IMG/VR virus record: IMGVR_UViG_3300037247_000151
Span: 1-45,776 of that record
Length of the DNA: 45,776 nucleotides
DNA from: a virus
Direction: 5' to 3' (one strand)
Shown here: positions 42,166 through 45,776 of the stretch, one piece after another
How the letters are laid out: the number at the start of each line of letters is the position of its first letter
Numbering within the stretch: position 1 is the first letter of the stretch
Notes under the pieces: generated by a model
What the model saw: only the letters and a program-made list of their open reading frames with translations
Told to the model about the DNA's origin: nothing
Database searches by the model: none
Made by a program: the position numbers and the translations under genes

Positions 42166-42327
42166 CTATTCCTTTCCTAAAAGCCTGTCTATTTCCTCTT
42201 GTGTGATTCGCCAGCAGTGACCTATCTTATTTCCTTTAATTGCGTTCTCTTGTAGTAACTTCGTTGCCGTTGGTCGTGATATTCTTAACTCTTTGCAAAG
42301 TTCGTTCATTGTGTATAGTTTTCCCAT
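42166..42327 (-). CDS. Excisionase-type (HTH_17/MerR-like) DNA-binding protein (53 aa, not in ORF track)
   Basis: SD AAAGGAGAA; MGKLYTMNELCKELRISRPTATKLLQENAIKGNKIGHCWRITQEEIDRLL. Confidence 0.6.
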   Translation of the reverse strand: MGKLYTMNELCKELRISRPTATKLLQENAIKGNKIGHCWRITQEEIDRLLGKE

Positions 42328-42345
42328 GAAATTCTCCTTTCTTAC

Positions 42346-42374
42346 ATTTTACAACTTTTGTTGTGCCTTGTCAA
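42346..42374 (-). promoter_or_regulatory. Sigma-A-type promoter
   Basis: Minus strand TTGACA-17 nt-TAAAAT, preceded by the shared upstream box (42375-42403). Confidence 0.75.
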
Positions 42375-42405
42375 TACCATAAAACTCTAAAACTCCTACA
42401 AAACT

Positions 42406-42753
42406 TCAAATTTCATCAGCAGGTGCGTTAAGCCAGTTAACGTCTGTGTCGTAGTCGTTTACCGAGCCTCCTATTTCTATGAACGTGGCGTAGTTTTGTG
42501 CTGACATTTTTGCGATCTGTTCTTTACGCATGTCTAGGTTTGTTTTTACTGGGTGTTCTTCTGCCCATTTGATAAGAACTTGCTCGTGCTTTTCTGGGTC
42601 GTCTGGGATTTTATAATAAACGTTTATGTTTGTTTTGTTTATTCTTTCGTGTATGCCTACTGATTCTAGGTATGTTATATGTTTCATGTTTTCTCCTTCT
42701 AATTGTGGATGCCTTCTGTTCCACTCTTCTGTTACCCTTTCAGCTAAACTCAT
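42406..42753 (-). CDS. Hypothetical protein
   Basis: 115-aa ORF with SD GAAAGGAGAACAAT. Confidence 0.6.
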   Translation of the reverse strand: MSLAERVTEEWNRRHPQLEGENMKHITYLESVGIHERINKTNINVYYKIPDDPEKHEQVLIKWAEEHPVKTNLDMRKEQIAKMSAQNYATFIEIGGSVNDYDTDVNWLNAPADEI

Positions 42754-42767
42754 ATTGTTCTCCTTTC

Positions 42768-42807
42768 GTCGCTTTGATTAATCGCGCATTATTTCGCTTT
42801 GCTCAAC
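42768..42807 (-). repeat. IGE copy (closest to consensus)
   Basis: GTTGAGCAAAGCGAAATAATGCGCGATTAATCAAAGCGAC immediately followed by GAAAGGAGAACAAT-ATG. Confidence 0.9.
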
Positions 42808-42812
42808 CTGCG

Positions 42813-43007
42813 TTAATCATAATCTATTCCAATTACCTTAGATGTATTTCCGCAATCCTCGCAGACTACGTCTACTCCATAATTCCTCATACTTTCATAG
42901 TCAAAAGCGTCAACCTTTAAGTGATTTTCAGAAAAACAATATGGACAAGTGTATTGATAGCCTACAATCTTTGTTTTCCCATAAATCTCTATCTCTTTAA
43001 TCTCCAT
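42813..43007 (-). CDS. Zinc-ribbon mini-protein (64 aa)
   Basis: CPYC...CEDCG. SD GAAAGGAATGATACG-ATG at 43007; the track start lies inside the IGE. Confidence 0.6.
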   Translation of the reverse strand: MEIKEIEIYGKTKIVGYQYTCPYCFSENHLKVDAFDYESMRNYGVDVVCEDCGNTSKVIGIDYD

Positions 43008-43022
43008 CGTATCATTCCTTTC

Positions 43023-43064
43023 GTTGAGCCTTGGCGAAATAATGCTCGATTCCTTCAAATCGCC
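43023..43064 (+). repeat. IGE copy (inverted relative to the flanking genes)
   Basis: GTTGAGCCTTGGCGAAATAATGCTCGATTCCTTCAAATCGCC. Confidence 0.75.
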
Positions 43065-43065
43065 T

Positions 43066-43425
43066 TTATATCTCTGTTATAGTAACAGTCACTTCGTTTT
43101 CGTCGCCTAGTTCAAAATCGTCTGTGAAGCCTGTAACGTGCTTCCATCCGTCACCTTGCAGGACTCCCGCTTTGACTAACCCATCCAAAATATATTTTTT
43201 AGCGAACGCTATGTTGTCCGGGTCTCTCATGCGGTTAGTCTCACGCCATAGGAAGCCGATACGAGCCTTTTTAGCAGGCTTAAGGTGTTGTGACTTAGCT
43301 TCCCATGTTACGAGGTCTGTGAGCATTCTCTTATCTGCTGCCGATGCGTACTTATTACCTCTTGCGGTGTCTGTATAATCGTTAAGAGTTGGGAATTTAT
43401 ACAGCAATACAAACGTTTGTGTCAT
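43066..43425 (-). CDS. rusA: RusA-family Holliday junction resolvase
   Basis: RMRDPDNIAFAKKYILDGLVKAGVLQGDGWKHV matches the RusA core. SD GAAAGGGGAAAC-ATG at 43425. Confidence 0.75.
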   Translation of the reverse strand: MTQTFVLLYKFPTLNDYTDTARGNKYASAADKRMLTDLVTWEAKSQHLKPAKKARIGFLWRETNRMRDPDNIAFAKKYILDGLVKAGVLQGDGWKHVTGFTDDFELGDENEVTVTITEI

Positions 43426-43435
43426 GTTTCCCCTT

Positions 43436-43558
43436 TCATTCTCCGTCATCCTCTAAGTGATCGCAGTCTATCTCGTCTTCATCAGGATGATAGTCGCCTA
43501 TCTCGCAGACTAAGCATCTTCCCCTGTCTGTTCCTTCGTCAAATAATTTACAAAACAT
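43436..43558 (-). CDS. Putative 40-aa acidic Cys-containing protein (not in ORF track)
   Basis: SD GCGGAGGATTGAT-ATG; MFCKLFDEGTDRGRCLVCEIGDYHPDEDEIDCDHLEDDGE. Confidence 0.4.
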   Translation of the reverse strand: MFCKLFDEGTDRGRCLVCEIGDYHPDEDEIDCDHLEDDGE

Positions 43559-43603
43559 ATCAATCCTCCGCTTCTTCTAGCCTTTTTGTTATGATGCTGT
43601 CTT

Positions 43604-43774
43604 TCATTGCTGTACAAAATCCTGATACTGTTTACTAATTTTTTGCAATAGATCGGTGTATGTCCTTTCACCTTGATGAGTCTTAAACATATCATCAGAG
43701 CTGGTTTGAGCGCACCGCAAACCGAATATAACCATTGCTAATTCTGTTTCGTCTATCGTAACTGTTATTTTCAT
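43604..43774 (-). CDS. Putative 56-aa protein (not in ORF track)
   Basis: SD GGGAGGAGAATAGA-ATG; MKITVTIDETELAMVIFGLRCAQ... Confidence 0.45.
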   Translation of the reverse strand: MKITVTIDETELAMVIFGLRCAQTSSDDMFKTHQGERTYTDLLQKISKQYQDFVQQ

Positions 43775-43775
43775 T

Positions 43776-43877
43776 CTATTCTCCTCCCTCTTCTTCTAGT
43801 GTGTCGTGTTTCTCTTCCTTTTCTTCTTCCTCGTATGGTTCGTCCATTGGTGGGGAGTTGTTTCTCCAGTCTTCCAT
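43776..43877 (-). CDS. Putative 33-aa highly acidic protein (not in ORF track)
   Basis: SD AAGGAGGGAAAC-ATG directly after an IGE; MEDWRNNSPPMDEPYEEEEKEEKHDTLEEEGGE. Confidence 0.4.
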   Translation of the reverse strand: MEDWRNNSPPMDEPYEEEEKEEKHDTLEEEGGE

Positions 43878-43889
43878 GTTTCCCTCCTT

Positions 43890-43928
43890 GTCGCTATTAT
43901 TAATCGCGCATTATTCGCTTACGCTCAC
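43890..43928 (-). repeat. IGE copy
   Basis: GTGAGCGTAAGCGAATAATGCGCGATTAATAATAGCGAC. Supplies the codons VSVSE and the TAA stop of the YopX gene. Confidence 0.85.
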
Positions 43929-44393
43929 TACTTCAACTTCGCAGGTGTTTGACATTGCTTTTGCTACTGTGCCGTAATTAGGAATGTACTCCCCTTCTTC
44001 AAAGTCCATGTAGGTGTCTAGGGCTATCCTTGTTCCGTTCCTTCTTTTAACCACGAAGCTACCATAAAAATATTCAATAACACCTTGGCTGTCGTGGTCT
44101 AAGTCTTCTGTCTTTTTTCCAAAAGGCGTTATGTAATAAGGGACAACGCTATCGCCCTCAAATATTTTTGTGTTGTTTTTGCTTTTTAGTTTTGTGTATT
44201 GATTGACGGTTTCGGGGTCTACTTCCCATGTTACAAGTCTTAGACAACCCTCCTCGCCTACTCTTTCGCTTTCGTCTGCACAGCTATCAAGTGGGAATAT
44301 ATACGCTTTCCCACTCATTCCGCACAAAATATAATACCCATTCACCCACTCGCCGTTGTCTATCCGCTTACCTCTGAATAATATATCTCTCAT
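43911..44393 (-). CDS. YopX-family protein
   Basis: N-terminal MRDILFRGKRIDNGEWVNGYY is the YopX hallmark. Confidence 0.8.
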   Translation of the reverse strand: MRDILFRGKRIDNGEWVNGYYILCGMSGKAYIFPLDSCADESERVGEEGCLRLVTWEVDPETVNQYTKLKSKNNTKIFEGDSVVPYYITPFGKKTEDLDHDSQGVIEYFYGSFVVKRRNGTRIALDTYMDFEEGEYIPNYGTVAKAMSNTCEVEVVSVSE

Positions 44394-44394
44394 A

Positions 44395-44811
44395 TCAATC
44401 TCCTATTTCTTCTTCGATCTCTTCTATTTCCCAAACTCCGCTTGTTCTTTCACCAAGCAGAGTCCACGTTGTCTCTACTCTTTTTCTTGATGTGTACTTT
44501 TTTGCTTTATCTTTAGTTGTGTAGCAAGCAAAAGTTTCGCCGTGGCTGATGTATGTTTTGCCTTCGTAATATCCTCCACCGACCTCTTCGTCTTTCAATA
44601 CAAAACTTTTTACTAGATGTGTTTTGAACATTACATCGTATTTGTTTGGAACGTGTGTCTTTGCGTAGTCTAGCATTTGCTGTTCTGTTTCTTGCCGTTG
44701 TTGTAGTGATGATTCGTTTGTGCATTGTGCAGATAGGTGTTTATACGCTGCGCAACCGGTTAGTTCTGTTGTGTGTTCCCATGCGCAGTCTTTACATGTT
44801 GCTGCTTTCAT
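44395..44811 (-). CDS. Hypothetical protein
   Basis: 138-aa ORF, tightly packed between the neighbouring genes. Confidence 0.6.
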   Translation of the reverse strand: MKAATCKDCAWEHTTELTGCAAYKHLSAQCTNESSLQQRQETEQQMLDYAKTHVPNKYDVMFKTHLVKSFVLKDEEVGGGYYEGKTYISHGETFACYTTKDKAKKYTSRKRVETTWTLLGERTSGVWEIEEIEEEIGD

Positions 44812-44823
44812 TTCTTCTCTCCT

Positions 44824-45342
44824 TTAAATATTTAACAGTGCAATCTCTTGAAGTGTCTTTGTTTCGATGCCTAGGTCTTTTGCTTCGTATACAATGCCCT
44901 CGATAAACCGGTTCATTTGTTTGGTGTCAAAATCCGAAGAGCCATAGAATATTTGCAGTTGCACCCCTGCTTTGCCCTCAACCTGCATATCGTTTAACTC
45001 TCTAGCATACTGATGGTTTCGTCTACATTGAGATTGAAAGTATGCAACAGCTTCTTTTGGCATGATGTAATGAGTAAACTTATCGCTGTATTGCATTAGC
45101 ATAGACTCGTATACCTCATCGTTCGACGTTTTCATTACCTTAGCAATTTTGCCGATCAGAAGCCAAGCATAATTGTTTTGGCTTAAAGTCTTCTTAGGGC
45201 GTTCCTGCTTGATTTCTACCGTGTATGGATACTTTGCTCCTTCTTGCTCGTTGATTAGGTCTATGACCGCCTGAGAGAGCGAGAGAGGTATAAAAAGCAT
45301 GTCTCCGTGTATCTGTATTGTTCCTGTTACTTTTGTCTTCAT
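44824..45342 (-). CDS. NinB/Orf-like recombination mediator (family also annotated as putative HNHc nuclease)
   Basis: EIKQERPKKTLSQNNYAWLLIGKIA parallels lambda NinB ERNRSLDQNRKLWACLGDV. GSSDFDTKQMNRFIEGI parallels the NinB C-terminal motif. Confidence 0.5.
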   Translation of the reverse strand: MKTKVTGTIQIHGDMLFIPLSLSQAVIDLINEQEGAKYPYTVEIKQERPKKTLSQNNYAWLLIGKIAKVMKTSNDEVYESMLMQYSDKFTHYIMPKEAVAYFQSQCRRNHQYARELNDMQVEGKAGVQLQIFYGSSDFDTKQMNRFIEGIVYEAKDLGIETKTLQEIALLNI

Positions 45343-45362
45343 AACCTACCTCCTTAATTATT

Positions 45363-45392
45363 GTCGAGTTGATGCTGACGAGCATTAACTCT
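45363..45392 (-). repeat. Partial IGE copy
   Basis: ...TTAATGCTCGTCAGCATCAACTCGAC. The left arm is replaced by the 3' end of 45385..; its TAA is that gene's stop. Confidence 0.6.
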
Positions 45393-45776
45393 CTGCGTTC
45401 GCCTTAATAAAATCTAGAGCTTCGCTTAAATAGAGTTTGTATCTTTCTTTTGCTCTAGCTTTCTGCTCGTTTAGGTGATATTCTGCTCTTTTGATTGCTT
45501 CTGCATCTTTAGCTTTCGATTCCTCCGCATATTTTCTAATTTCGCTTATTATGTAATCTTTGTCTTTCTCTAAATGCAGAAACCTTGTAGAACTAGACCA
45601 ACTAAATGGAGTTCCTCCATCTTGATGAAAAACCATATACTCGTTGCTCCCCGAAGCAAGCCCTTGCTCTATCGCAGATTTATAGCGGCTGTTAGGCGTG
45701 TAGGGGGAGAAGTATTTATCGTTTGCTTCTCTTACCGTGTTGACTCCCATCTTTTCTTTGCGCCAATAGTGATTGA
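45385..45776 (-). CDS. Hypothetical protein, 5'-truncated by the window edge (full gene is 148 aa across the junction)
   Basis: ORF continues upstream into the terminal repeat. The true ATG corresponds to position 182 of the other copy. Confidence 0.7.
   Translation of the reverse strand, partial: NHYWRKEKMGVNTVREANDKYFSPYTPNSRYKSAIEQGLASGSNEYMVFHQDGGTPFSWSSSTRFLHLEKDKDYIISEIRKYAEESKAKDAEAIKRAEYHLNEQKARAKERYKLYLSEALDFIKANAES
45650..45776. repeat. Terminal direct repeat, identical to 1..127
   Basis: Exact 127-bp identity with the window start. Confidence 0.95.

Noticed and set aside
42768-42807. IGE arm GTTGAGC / GCTCAAC matches the integron attC core consensus GTTRRRY / RYYYAAC
   Set aside because: Each element has only one such core. 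The other arm (GCGAC/GTCGC) is not its inverted partner. No integron integrase or attI is present. A 7-nt degenerate match is expected by chance.
43510-43695. 61-aa track ORF on the minus strand
   Set aside because: It has no SD and straddles two shorter ORFs (43436..43558 and 43604..43774) that each have strong SD sites.
200-45392. The repeated 40-bp element as a CRISPR array or as solitary CRISPR repeat units
   Set aside because: Copies are separated by 150-700 bp of SD-led coding sequence, not by 25-40-bp spacers. They are degenerate, occur in both orientations, and no cas genes are present. Resemblance to type I-C repeats is limited to the GTCGC start.

Overview
The window is a complete dsDNA phage genome. 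Bases 1-127 are identical to 45650-45776, so the contig closes on itself with a unit length of 45,649 bp, and one gene spans the junction. AAGGAG-type Shine-Dalgarno sites, TTGACA-17-TATAAT promoters, an LL-H-type holin and a SleB-type hydrolase point to a low-GC Gram-positive, possibly spore-forming, host. I saw no integrase, RT, Cas gene, tRNA, rRNA or CRISPR array.

Layout:
- Late operon (minus strand, about 31.1 kb down to 5.1 kb): TerS-like protein, small genes, TerL, portal, scaffold, capsid, tail/appendage proteins, a 1909-aa virion protein, a 1021-aa tail fiber, then a lysis cassette. No tube, sheath or tape-measure set is visible, so the structural module looks podovirus-like.
- Early operon (minus strand): starts at a strong promoter at 4779-4807, runs 4.75 kb to 0.25 kb, crosses the junction, and continues 45.7 kb to 37.0 kb. 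It encodes an XRE regulator, ERF annealase, ASCH protein, two HNH-type proteins, SSB, NinB-like, YopX and RusA proteins, a replication initiator plus DnaC-like loader, a MazG-like protein, a radical SAM enzyme, a secreted SleB-like hydrolase, and many mini-proteins.
- Accessory island (31.1-37.0 kb): strand-switching, with a Lar-like/DUF551 protein and an IS1595 transposase remnant.

The most unusual signal is a family of about 21 copies of a roughly 40-bp imperfect-palindromic element. It fills the stop-to-RBS spacers of the early and accessory genes in both orientations and is absent from the structural block. Other unexplained structure:
- a four-way-junction fold between the late terminator and the holin gene
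- a 430-bp hairpin-dense gene-free region at a convergence point
- TTATGCA iterons next to terS
- an upstream box shared by three early promoters
- iterons next to the replication genes

All functional calls rest on motifs read by eye; no database search was possible.
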